A stretch of DNA of 29,066 bases from positions 1-29,066 of the forward strand of contig JBDRTG010000024.1 in assembly GCA_043824255.1 (NCBI GenBank), read 5' to 3'. Numbering within the stretch: position 1 is the stretch's first letter; each line of letters begins with the position of its first letter. The notes under the pieces were generated by a model that was given only the letters and a program-made list of their open reading frames with translations, was not told where the DNA came from and searched no databases. Origin of the DNA: a bacterium. GTDB taxonomy: Bacteria > JAHJDO01. This document shows positions 1 through 8,861 of this stretch, piece after piece. The position numbers were made by a program, and so were the translations under genes.

Positions 1-2
1 AC

Positions 3-470
3 TTTGGGGACAGTACTACCTGGTTTCATAAGGTTTATGACTATGCCAATGACAATTATAAACTCTTTAACTGCCCTTCCCAGAAAACGGGAAGCATTAC
101 CGACCCTGATGCCTATAACGACAAGATGCCCTATGGGATGAGCCACTATCTCCAATACGAGGATGATACCTACGACTACGAAAAATTATGGAGATTGAGC
201 AGTATAACTAAGCCTTCGCAAACATTCTTGGTGGCGGATGGAGCATGGAAGAGTACGGGCGGGGGTGTTCCCTGTCCTATGACCGGCTACTGTCAACTTT
301 GGTGTAGAAAAGGTTATTCCCCGGAGAGTATTTGGTATCTTTACGTGGCAATAGATAACCGCCATAACGGAGGAGCCAATATCCTTTTCTGTGACGGTCA
401 CGTCAAATGGATGGATAAGGATGATGCAGATAATACCTATGGTGAGGCAGATGAAATCTGGAGACCATAA
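3..470 (+). CDS. Prepilin-type / DUF1559 protein with C-terminal H-X9-DG motif (5' truncated by window edge)
   Basis: Frame open from base 3 (FGDSTTWFHKVYDY...LFNCPSQ...), upstream of the listed ATG at 126. It carries the CPS motif, 'PSQTFLVAD' and RHNGGANILFCDGHVKW (H-X9-DG). Confidence 0.9.
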   Translation, partial: FGDSTTWFHKVYDYANDNYKLFNCPSQKTGSITDPDAYNDKMPYGMSHYLQYEDDTYDYEKLWRLSSITKPSQTFLVADGAWKSTGGGVPCPMTGYCQLWCRKGYSPESIWYLYVAIDNRHNGGANILFCDGHVKWMDKDDADNTYGEADEIWRP

Positions 471-505
471 AAGTAGAGAAATATAAAATAAAAAGGAGGT
501 GTGAG

Positions 506-3500
506 ATGAGAAAAGATATGTTTGTTGGTTTAGTTGTTATTTTGGCTGTTTGTAGTTATTTAAATTCAGCACAGGGAGAAAATATTATACATAAAAAGAC
601 TGATACGGGGGTAATGGAGGAAAATTTAATTCCTAATCCCGGGTTTGAAAAGAATATTTTGAGGTACGATGGTAAATTTACAACATGGAAAAATAATTGG
701 TGTTATTTTTTTAAACCTGGAGGTGGAGGTCAATTTGAACTTTCAAAAGATTCTCATTCAGGAGAACGTTCATTAAAACTTATAGGTGATAACAATGAAA
801 GCAGGATAGAAGTTACTTCTCCCTTTATTAAATGTAAAGGGGAAATCCAACTTAGAGGTTATTGCAAAGTCTCTGGAGAGACAAGGCCAGTAATACAAAT
901 TCATACCTTTGATGCAGTAATTAAAAAGATTTTATCACTCACTCCCAAGAGCCACTTTAGATATTGTGAGGTTGCGAAGCGTTCTGAATGGCAAGAATTT
1001 AACTACACCATAGCCCTGCCTCCGGAAGTGGAAGGAATTGTACTTCGATTGAAAGCTTCTGGAAAAGGCGCTGTCTTTTATGATGCCATTGAATGCATAC
1101 CAATAATTCCTGCTGAGGATATGTTAAGTATCTATAGTTTAAAACGAAGCATAGGACCTACCATTGATGGAAATCTTGAAGATGATTGCTGGAAAGATGC
1201 GCAGCAAGCCGTAGAATTTCTAGTGCTGGGGGAGAAAATTAAATCTGATAAAAATACGTGGGTTAAAACTTGTTATGATGATGAGAATATCTACTTTGCT
1301 GCCTACTGCAAAGAACCGAATGTTGAAAAGATATTAATAAAACCAGATGCTGTATGGGGGGGAGATTGTATTGAATTGTTTTTGGATACAAAACACGACC
1401 ACAAACAATATTCCCATATCATTGTTGATGCAGCAGCTAATTATTATACTGGTATGAACAAGGATAGCACCGAAGGCCGTATAGATATAAAAATTAAAAC
1501 CAAGGCTAAAATTTCTAAAGAGGATCATTATTGGGCAATTGAGCTGGCAATTCCGTTCAAAGAGTTGAATGAAAAAGTTCCTGATGATGGACAGAGGTGG
1601 GGCTTTAATGCGGGTAGAGAAAGTTATGCAACTGCAGAAGGCCTACCCGAACAGGTCGTCAGTTCATGGGCAAGTATCCCCCTGTTTGAACGCCCACAGT
1701 CGTTTGGACATATTATTTTCACTTCTAATTATAATAAACGAGAAGAAGGGGCAGAATCTTTTATAGGCCAGGATTTAGGTATGTTTAAGCAAATGCAGGT
1801 ATCAGGCTATAAAATTGCCCAAACTCAGGAAAGCAAATTAGATATTCTTCCTGATATCTGGTCATATGATCCCTACTCAGTTGAAACAGGCAATAAACCA
1901 GGGAGAAATTTCAGGATGCTTAAGGAAAAACATCCTGAATTTATTAAAGCTAGTCTGAGGTATAACCAATCAATGATTAATAAGGCCTTACTTGATGACG
2001 TTTTCTTCCAGGCAAAACGAGTTTTCTATTATGGAGGTTTATTAAAGCTGAAAGACTTGAATGGGTACAAGGATAAGATTTCTCAACATGAAAAGAAAAT
2101 GGGAAATTTGGAACTTGAGCTTAATAATATCTATCATATTTACGGTAAAGCCTACAAGGGCAGTTATAATACCGAGCTATTAAATGATTATTACCCATTA
2201 ATTAATAAATTGGATCAGGATATGAAGGATATGACGAGTAATTTGAATTTATTTATTGATTCACTTCAGAAGGCTGCTAAAAAACAATATAGCGGCTTGA
2301 ATTTTGAGAGTAACTTCTCTTTAGAAAATCATAATATTCCGCCTTTTAATCCGGATGGAACGTTAAATAGATTGCTTTTTTTGTCACATGGGGGGTTCAA
2401 GCATGAAGTCTCTATTGTTGATAAAATGATGAAGTTAACTGACGGCAGTGAAATTGGGTACTGGCCAGTACTGATTCCAGATAGTAAAGGTCCTGGAGAT
2501 TATGACTTTAGCACTGCTGATAAATACATAAAACAAATAAGAGACACTGGGATTAAATCTCCTCTTTTTGCAAGTACAGCATTTGGTATATATACCTCCA
2601 TGATGCCAATAGCTCCCTGGTTCATAGAGAAGCATAAAGATAATGATGATATATTTTTCAAAAGCGAAGACGGTTATCAGAATAAGGATAAGAGTAAGAA
2701 TTGGAAATATTGTTACTATTGGGTTAATTATTATAATCATGATGTCCAGGACTATATCAGAGATCATCTTGGTAGTTTTGTGCGAAAATTTAAAGATAGT
2801 GATTTCCTCTTTTACCTTACAGCTTGGGAGTCTAAGTGGGGCAGATACAAAGTCAAAATTAATAATAAGGAAGTAGAAAGACAATATGGTTATAGTAAAT
2901 CGGGTAGAAAGGCTTTTTCTGAGTATTTGCAAAAGAAATATATCACTATTGATAACCTTAATAATCAATGGAAAACTACCTATAAGACGTTTACCGAAAT
3001 TTCACCCCCCGCAGATAGAAACATAATACCAGTAAAAATCATTTCTCCGATTATTTACGAGTTTGAATGCTTTCATCGGGATGCCCATCTAGATTATTTT
3101 TCACTCTTATACAAAATAATAAAGGCGAATGATCCTTCAAAGCCGGTAATGACTGATGATTCATATACAATGAGGGAAATGGGTGGTTATGAAATATTTA
3201 GCAGAGATATCACAGATATTATTAGTTTCCATAGTAATCCTCAAGATCAGGAGATGATGCGTGTTTATTGTAATTCTTTAAATAGATACTTTCCTAAGAT
3301 TATAGGCATAGCTGAAAATCAATGGGGAAGAGATACCAGACAACATCTGGGCAATGATAAATCAGCACGTCACGAAGCTGCTAAATATATTTATAGGCTT
3401 ACTCTATGGGGAGGTAAAATTCAGGACTGGTGGGGTTCTTTCACTTCCGCTAAATATCTTACGGTCTACAACGGTAATTTCTTTCACCCCCTTTACGACC

Positions 3501-4417
3501 TCACCACTATGCGTTACTGCTCTGCAGCAATTCCAGTAATGATACAAAAGATGAGACATATTGAGAAATTCATTCTTGATAGTGAAGTAATTGAACCCAA
3601 GATTGCTGTATTGCAGCCCACTACCACAGTTATAGATTTTTTCGCACTGGGGATACCTTCCATAGAAAATATCTCGATAAATATGATGATAGAATGTAAT
3701 CAATTATTATTTCGCCCAAAGAATTATAATTTTGACTATATCCCTGAGGAACTGATTCTTGATGGGAAAGAGGATCTCAAGAGATTTAATGTTATCCTTT
3801 TACCTTATGCTATCTATTTTCCAGATGGATTAGAAAGCAAACTTAAACGCTGGGTGGAAAATGGGGGGGTATTAATCAGTTCAGGTCCTTTCGGGCTTTA
3901 TAATAGGTTTGGATTCTATAACGAAAAGAACCTTTTTGGTACGGTTTTTCCGGGCATGAAGATTGATGAAAAAAAGCAAGATACTGACTGGAAGTGGATG
4001 ATTCAAGAAGAGAAACTCAATGATGGTCTGCAGCTTGTTCAAAGAAAATTTGGAAAAGGGAAAATTATCTTTATGAACAGGCCGATAAATGAATTTTTGC
4101 GTAATGAAGAAATAACCGCATCTCTATACAATATCATAGACAAGGCAATAGGGGGGCGGCTCGTGTACTGTAAGAACGATAAATTTGATCTTTTAGTAAA
4201 GACAGATAAGCAAAAGAACAAATATGTATGTATTTGCAACCGGGATGTTGAACATGAACAAGAAGGTGCAATATTTGTTAAAGGGCAATACAATAATTTG
4301 CAAGATATTGTAATTCCGGGAGGTTTCCCTGTTCCTTCTAAAAAGTTCAATGAAAAATATACCCAGTTTAATGTAAGACTTCAGCCAGGAGAATTTACAA
4401 TTATTAAGAAAAAGTAA
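506..4417 (+). CDS. Secreted multimodular glycoside hydrolase: CBM4/9-like + CBM9/DOMON-like sugar-binding domain + GH42-like beta-galactosidase barrel and trimerisation-like domain
   Basis: RBS AGGAGGTG before the ATG and an N-terminal signal peptide. Motifs: NLIPNPGFE; PTIDGNLEDDCW, YDDENIYFA, GDCIELFLD, WAIELAIPF, WGFNAGR; YLQKKYITIDNLNNQWKTTYKTF; VILLPYA...LKRWVENGGVLI. Confidence 0.8.
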   Translation: MRKDMFVGLVVILAVCSYLNSAQGENIIHKKTDTGVMEENLIPNPGFEKNILRYDGKFTTWKNNWCYFFKPGGGGQFELSKDSHSGERSLKLIGDNNESRIEVTSPFIKCKGEIQLRGYCKVSGETRPVIQIHTFDAVIKKILSLTPKSHFRYCEVAKRSEWQEFNYTIALPPEVEGIVLRLKASGKGAVFYDAIECIPIIPAEDMLSIYSLKRSIGPTIDGNLEDDCWKDAQQAVEFLVLGEKIKSDKNTWVKTCYDDENIYFAAYCKEPNVEKILIKPDAVWGGDCIELFLDTKHDHKQYSHIIVDAAANYYTGMNKDSTEGRIDIKIKTKAKISKEDHYWAIELAIPFKELNEKVPDDGQRWGFNAGRESYATAEGLPEQVVSSWASIPLFERPQSFGHIIFTSNYNKREEGAESFIGQDLGMFKQMQVSGYKIAQTQESKLDILPDIWSYDPYSVETGNKPGRNFRMLKEKHPEFIKASLRYNQSMINKALLDDVFFQAKRVFYYGGLLKLKDLNGYKDKISQHEKKMGNLELELNNIYHIYGKAYKGSYNTELLNDYYPLINKLDQDMKDMTSNLNLFIDSLQKAAKKQYSGLNFESNFSLENHNIPPFNPDGTLNRLLFLSHGGFKHEVSIVDKMMKLTDGSEIGYWPVLIPDSKGPGDYDFSTADKYIKQIRDTGIKSPLFASTAFGIYTSMMPIAPWFIEKHKDNDDIFFKSEDGYQNKDKSKNWKYCYYWVNYYNHDVQDYIRDHLGSFVRKFKDSDFLFYLTAWESKWGRYKVKINNKEVERQYGYSKSGRKAFSEYLQKKYITIDNLNNQWKTTYKTFTEISPPADRNIIPVKIISPIIYEFECFHRDAHLDYFSLLYKIIKANDPSKPVMTDDSYTMREMGGYEIFSRDITDIISFHSNPQDQEMMRVYCNSLNRYFPKIIGIAENQWGRDTRQHLGNDKSARHEAAKYIYRLTLWGGKIQDWWGSFTSAKYLTVYNGNFFHPLYDLTTMRYCSAAIPVMIQKMRHIEKFILDSEVIEPKIAVLQPTTTVIDFFALGIPSIENISINMMIECNQLLFRPKNYNFDYIPEELILDGKEDLKRFNVILLPYAIYFPDGLESKLKRWVENGGVLISSGPFGLYNRFGFYNEKNLFGTVFPGMKIDEKKQDTDWKWMIQEEKLNDGLQLVQRKFGKGKIIFMNRPINEFLRNEEITASLYNIIDKAIGGRLVYCKNDKFDLLVKTDKQKNKYVCICNRDVEHEQEGAIFVKGQYNNLQDIVIPGGFPVPSKKFNEKYTQFNVRLQPGEFTIIKKK

Positions 4418-4423
4418 GGATAA

Positions 4424-4530
4424 GGGGTCAAATCTCTATAATTGACAAACCGTGTTTCCTTTAATGACGATATAAGAGCATTATTGTGGATAAGGACAAC
4501 TATCTAGTAGTTTTATCCAGATACATTATC
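4424..4530 (+). pseudogene. Remnant of a RAYT / Y1 (IS200-like) tyrosine transposase with adjacent REP-like palindromic end
   Basis: 4468-4530 translates RYKSIIVDKDNYLVVLSRYII, resembling the RAYT motif (FQG)RYKSxxVDxDxYLxxLSRYIHLNP, with TAA TGA where Q-G is expected. GGGGTCAAATCTCTATAATTGACA at 4424-4447 contains a GTCAA/TTGAC inverted repeat. Confidence 0.7.
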
Positions 4531-4742
4531 TTTCTGAACTTTTGCAGAGGGTTGGAAAAATTTTAAAATAATTATTTTAGTTTTACAGAAAAATGATATT
4601 ATATACCAAGGTCAATAAGGCGAAAAAGGAGGTGCTGAGAACTTGGATTGCCAGGACCTTTTTACAGATAGAAATAAAATGCAAAAAAGTTAAAAAGATT
4701 GACTTTTGATAGCTAAACTATAACAGTATGGGGGTGTTAGAA

Positions 4743-7700
4743 ATGTTTACTAAACTCAAACAGTTCCATCCAAATACAGATTTAACCAATACTCAAATTG
4801 TCGTTCCTGAAGATCAGTGCTATAGAGAAGCAGCAGAGGAGATTAGATCTCGCATATATGAATTGTTTGCAATAAATGTACCGATCAAGACCGATAAAAC
4901 ATTTGGTCAGAAGTATGTTGCTAAAAGGAATCTTATTCTTCTGGGCGATGTCAATACCAACCGCGCCTTTTTTTCTCTGTACGCACAGCGATATTGTGCG
5001 GCAGATGCCAGATATCCAGGGAAAGGTGGTTATGCCTTACATACAATACATGACCCCTGGGGAAATGGATGTAATGCTATTGCAGTAAGTGCAAGTGATA
5101 TTGATAGTACTAATTGTGCAGCAAAAAGGTTTTGTGAAATACTTCGCGGCAGTTCCCCAAGCCCTGTTATACAGCCTATTTTTGAAATAAAACTTGGTCC
5201 TTCAGCATACGAAATTCCCGGCATCAGTGAAGAACCCTCAGTAAAGGAGGTTGTAGCTAAGGTAAGCGACTATGCAAAAAAGGGTGGGCATACCGGGCCA
5301 TGGAGAGACATTGCTCAATACGGCACTTTGTACACCCTGACCGGTAAAGCTGTTTTTGCCCAAATAATGAAACAACTGCTTTTCTTCGCTCAGGAACATG
5401 CAGATTCCGGCCATGGAAACTATGGCGGATCCTGGGGCTTTGATGCTGATTTTGTGCTTCAGGACGTAATACCTGCATGGGATGTGGTTGAAGAATGTGA
5501 TATTTTCACGCCTGAAGAACGTCTGCGTATATCCCGCATATTAATTCGCTATATTGAAAGCTGTCCTTCACACATCGAAAATCTTGATGAAAGAAGACTG
5601 CGGCACAATCACTCAACTCATGCTGCCATAGGGCTTTACATAGCAGGGTTGTATTTCTGGAAATATTACCGCTTACCCCGGGCAAAGAAATGGATGCAGC
5701 TTGCCGAAAAGTGCTTTTTCCCCCACCTTGGGGCATTCATAACCGGCGAAGATGCTAGCAGTTATCAATGGTGCGTTCACCAGCACGTCACCCGTTATTC
5801 TTTTCTCTCAGGAGACATGACGTTCTTCGAAAGCGATAATGCAAGGAAAGTTGCGGATTATGCCATAATGATCACCGACAATTTAGGGGCGCAGGTTGCC
5901 TTTGGCGATACCAGCGGTCGGGGAGGAAGTGTTAATGAAATGTTTTTCCTGGGAGCTGCTGCTTTCTGGTATCAGGATGAACGTTATCAATGGCTCATTG
6001 AAAAGAAAAAACGGACTTGCGGAGTAGTTGACAACGCATTTGAATTTCACCGGTCTATTAGTCCAGTCATTCCTGTGGACCTTGATGGAGTAAAAACATT
6101 TCCTATGGATCCGCTTTTTTATCAATGGTATGTACATAAAACTCCTAGTAATAAATATGTGCGTAAAACTCTTGGTAAGAAAAATAAATTTTTTGACAAA
6201 CTCTCTTTCCGCGATGGCTTTGACCCGCAAGGACAGTATCTTTTACTGGACGGCATTAACACAGGTAGCCATAAGCACTTTGACGGTAATTCTATCTTGC
6301 AGTTGACCCAGTTGGGCAAAACATGGCTTTTTGACGGTGACTATGTAGAAAAAGAACAGAAATATCACAATACTGTTCTTATCTCACAGGATGGCCGTTC
6401 AGACAGTCTTCCTGATTTTGCCGAGCTAAAACATGTCCGGGGGTTTAGACGGACCGGATTTTCACAATCTGCCATGCACAAAATTGCCGGAACAGACTGG
6501 CACAGAAATATATTCTGGAAGCGGGGCGATTACTTTCTGGTTGCTGACGAAATAAAAGCTCATACTTCAGATATCTACAGTATTAAAATTGTCTGGCAGA
6601 CCATGGGAGAACCTGAGCCTAAGAGAGACAAGATTACTTTGACTCAGGACAGAGAGCAGTTTTGTATGCATTGGTGCTCAAGCCCTCAGGTAAAACTTGT
6701 TAAACGCAGTAGTCTTGATTTACGCGGTCATTCGGTTGCAGGCAAAAATGACAGGCGTTATACATTATATCAAACTTCAGATGTCAGGTTAGAAAAAGGA
6801 GCTCGGTTTATCCAGTGGAATCTTCTTGCTGGAAAGCAGGCTCAAAAGGCATCTTCTAGATTGAAACAGGTAACCTCAGAATGTGTACGTGTAAGTATTG
6901 GCAAGGACGTCATCTTTGCAGGATTAGGCAATGATAAAAAAGCTATATCCATTCCTGATGGACCTGTTGTCAGTGCCTCAATGTTTCAGGTCTCGCCGAT
7001 ATGGTATGCACTTATTGCAGGCACAAATCTTTTCTGGGACAGAGAGCTGTTTTCATCGGACAAACCTGTTGATATAGAGTTTGACCTGCAAAGAAACTCC
7101 GGAACAATTCAGACTAACGAAAAAACACAAATATATATGACCGGAGCAAAGACCTCTGCAGCTGAGCTTGATGGAAAGCAGATACAACCCTCATGGAAAG
7201 ATGGAAAGATATCCTTTACGGTTCCCTCTGGCAGTCACACTATTGCCATTATTCCCGGAGAATTATTAAAAAGGCAAAGAGCTTCTACAACTTTAGTTCC
7301 ATATTCAAGGATAAAGGTACCTTATATCAGGTTTGGGAAAAAGGGTGCCCTACCACCCATGAGAAAGGTGTGGGAATATAAAGAAGGCACGGAACTTGTA
7401 TCACTTGCTGTTGCTGATTTAAATGGTGATGGGTACAATGAATTTGTCATTGGCGGGGCGTCAAAAAATATCACAGCCCTGGATCATTCTGGAAAAAAGC
7501 TCTGGCAATTCTCTACTGGCGGAACAGTACGCTCCTTGTGGGCTGGTGATATGGGTAATGGAGCAATTCGCATAGCAGCAGGATCAGCAGATACCAAGTT
7601 ATATGTACTGGACAGCTTTGGAAAGAAACTATGGGACTGGCAGGCACCATATCATTCCACTGTTCCGCAAATAAGTGCTGTAACTGCAGGAGATATTAAT

Positions 7701-8462
7701 AGTGATGGGAAAACAGAGATTGTTTGCGGGTCAGACAACTGGTATGTGTATGCATTTACTGGTCAGGGAAAAGAGTTATGGCGGTTTCAGGGAGTACATA
7801 ACGTGTTGTCCTTGTTTCTGGCAGATTGTGACGGTAAAGGTACTATGGATACAATTAGCGGAGCTTGCGGAGGGATTGAATATTGCATAACGCATGAAGG
7901 AAAGAAAAAATGGCACTATACTACTGGACTACCACAATGTAGTGTCGCAGCAGGGGATCTTGACGGAACGGGAAGACAGATACCCATTTTCGGCGCAGAA
8001 GATGGAATCCATGTAATAGATCGTCATGAGACAAAGTATGCAAATTCAAATCATTATGCCCACGGTCTTCCGCGTTTTTCCTACAATACCGGCGATCTAG
8101 TATGTCATGTTATATGTGCTGACGTAAATGGCGATGGTAAGGATGAGATTATTGCTGGTTCGGAAGGCGGTAATGTTTATGTATTGCGTGGTGACGGACA
8201 GAGGATCTGGCGAACCTATTTAGAAAACCCGGTAAGGAAAGTTGCAGTGGGCGATTTTAATGGAGATAAGAATATTGAAATTGCTGTTGGGACAGACAAT
8301 GGCGTTTATATTCTTTCCAATAAAAAAGGAGAAATAATGGCACATTATGCCACACAAACTCCTGTAACAAATCTTGCGCCTTGTTTTGTGTCTTCGCAAG
8401 ACATTCCAGAATTATTACTTACAACAGTCAAAGGAATTGTATCTGTCGTTGCTTTGCCATAA
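4743..8462 (+). CDS. Heparinase II/III-like (polysaccharide lyase-like) protein with C-terminal FG-GAP/PQQ-like beta-propeller
   Basis: ORF 4728-8462; ATG 4743 follows GGGGTG and is the likelier start. Motifs RHNHSTH, AFGD, GSHKHFDGNSI, YHNTVLI, then repeated DLNGDGxxE / DINSDGKTE / DVNGDGKDE / DFNGD and GKxLW. No signal peptide seen. Confidence 0.75.
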   Translation: MFTKLKQFHPNTDLTNTQIVVPEDQCYREAAEEIRSRIYELFAINVPIKTDKTFGQKYVAKRNLILLGDVNTNRAFFSLYAQRYCAADARYPGKGGYALHTIHDPWGNGCNAIAVSASDIDSTNCAAKRFCEILRGSSPSPVIQPIFEIKLGPSAYEIPGISEEPSVKEVVAKVSDYAKKGGHTGPWRDIAQYGTLYTLTGKAVFAQIMKQLLFFAQEHADSGHGNYGGSWGFDADFVLQDVIPAWDVVEECDIFTPEERLRISRILIRYIESCPSHIENLDERRLRHNHSTHAAIGLYIAGLYFWKYYRLPRAKKWMQLAEKCFFPHLGAFITGEDASSYQWCVHQHVTRYSFLSGDMTFFESDNARKVADYAIMITDNLGAQVAFGDTSGRGGSVNEMFFLGAAAFWYQDERYQWLIEKKKRTCGVVDNAFEFHRSISPVIPVDLDGVKTFPMDPLFYQWYVHKTPSNKYVRKTLGKKNKFFDKLSFRDGFDPQGQYLLLDGINTGSHKHFDGNSILQLTQLGKTWLFDGDYVEKEQKYHNTVLISQDGRSDSLPDFAELKHVRGFRRTGFSQSAMHKIAGTDWHRNIFWKRGDYFLVADEIKAHTSDIYSIKIVWQTMGEPEPKRDKITLTQDREQFCMHWCSSPQVKLVKRSSLDLRGHSVAGKNDRRYTLYQTSDVRLEKGARFIQWNLLAGKQAQKASSRLKQVTSECVRVSIGKDVIFAGLGNDKKAISIPDGPVVSASMFQVSPIWYALIAGTNLFWDRELFSSDKPVDIEFDLQRNSGTIQTNEKTQIYMTGAKTSAAELDGKQIQPSWKDGKISFTVPSGSHTIAIIPGELLKRQRASTTLVPYSRIKVPYIRFGKKGALPPMRKVWEYKEGTELVSLAVADLNGDGYNEFVIGGASKNITALDHSGKKLWQFSTGGTVRSLWAGDMGNGAIRIAAGSADTKLYVLDSFGKKLWDWQAPYHSTVPQISAVTAGDINSDGKTEIVCGSDNWYVYAFTGQGKELWRFQGVHNVLSLFLADCDGKGTMDTISGACGGIEYCITHEGKKKWHYTTGLPQCSVAAGDLDGTGRQIPIFGAEDGIHVIDRHETKYANSNHYAHGLPRFSYNTGDLVCHVICADVNGDGKDEIIAGSEGGNVYVLRGDGQRIWRTYLENPVRKVAVGDFNGDKNIEIAVGTDNGVYILSNKKGEIMAHYATQTPVTNLAPCFVSSQDIPELLLTTVKGIVSVVALP

Positions 8463-8512
8463 AAAGTGCAAAAAAATTGAATTTAGTAAAGAAAAGTGTA
8501 AGAATATAAGAA

Positions 8513-8581
8513 ATAAATTGTGTTTATCTTGATGGACACGTAGAGTGGCATAAAAAAGACGAGCTCTCGGATGCAAACTGG
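8513..8581 (+). pseudogene. Orphan C-terminal fragment of a second H-X9-DG prepilin-like gene
   Basis: Translates INCVYLDGHVEWHKKDELSDANW, with an in-frame TAA at 8507 and no start codon. Compare ANILFCDGHVKW in the first gene. Confidence 0.7.
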
Positions 8582-8861
8582 CGGGATTGTGATATTTCCC
8601 TTAACCCAACTGGACGGAAGAACCTTTTATGCCTCCGCAGAGATTTCCAGGCTGGTTGCTGATTATGAAAATCTCTTTATCTCCCATCAAAAAGACAACT
8701 CTCTGGTTGAGGTTTCTGGAATGAGTCCGGATGATGTTACTGTATTTACCAATGGAAAAACACGGCTTATCTTGCTGATTAACGAAGACAACGTAAAAAA
8801 GGAAAGGAAAAAGCACGATGAAATACAAAAAAGTAATGTTTGTTGCACCAGGAAAAGTTGA
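8571..8861 (+). pseudogene. Probable gene fragment, resembling the C-terminal part of a hydrolase-like protein; may be a short hypothetical CDS
   Basis: Protein-like stretch DGRTFYASAEISRLVADYENLF...VTVFTNGKTRLILLINE. No RBS, the start lies inside the H-X9-DG scrap, and the tail overlaps the next gene by 44 nt. Confidence 0.4.

Noticed and set aside
126..470. 114-aa ORF as a complete gene
   Set aside because: The frame is open back to the window edge and contains the family's CPS motif upstream, so ATG 126 is internal.
482..498. TATAAAATAAAA(A)GGAG shared with 19028-19043
   Set aside because: Low-complexity A/T run plus SD, expected by chance in this genome.
4699..4724. TTGACT...TATAAC promoter for the lyase-like gene
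   Set aside because: Spacing is 14 nt, too short for sigma70.
7380..8340. FG-GAP repeats as a DNA repeat array or DGR target
   Set aside because: The repeats exist at protein level only; the DNA copies are diverged and no reverse transcriptase is present.
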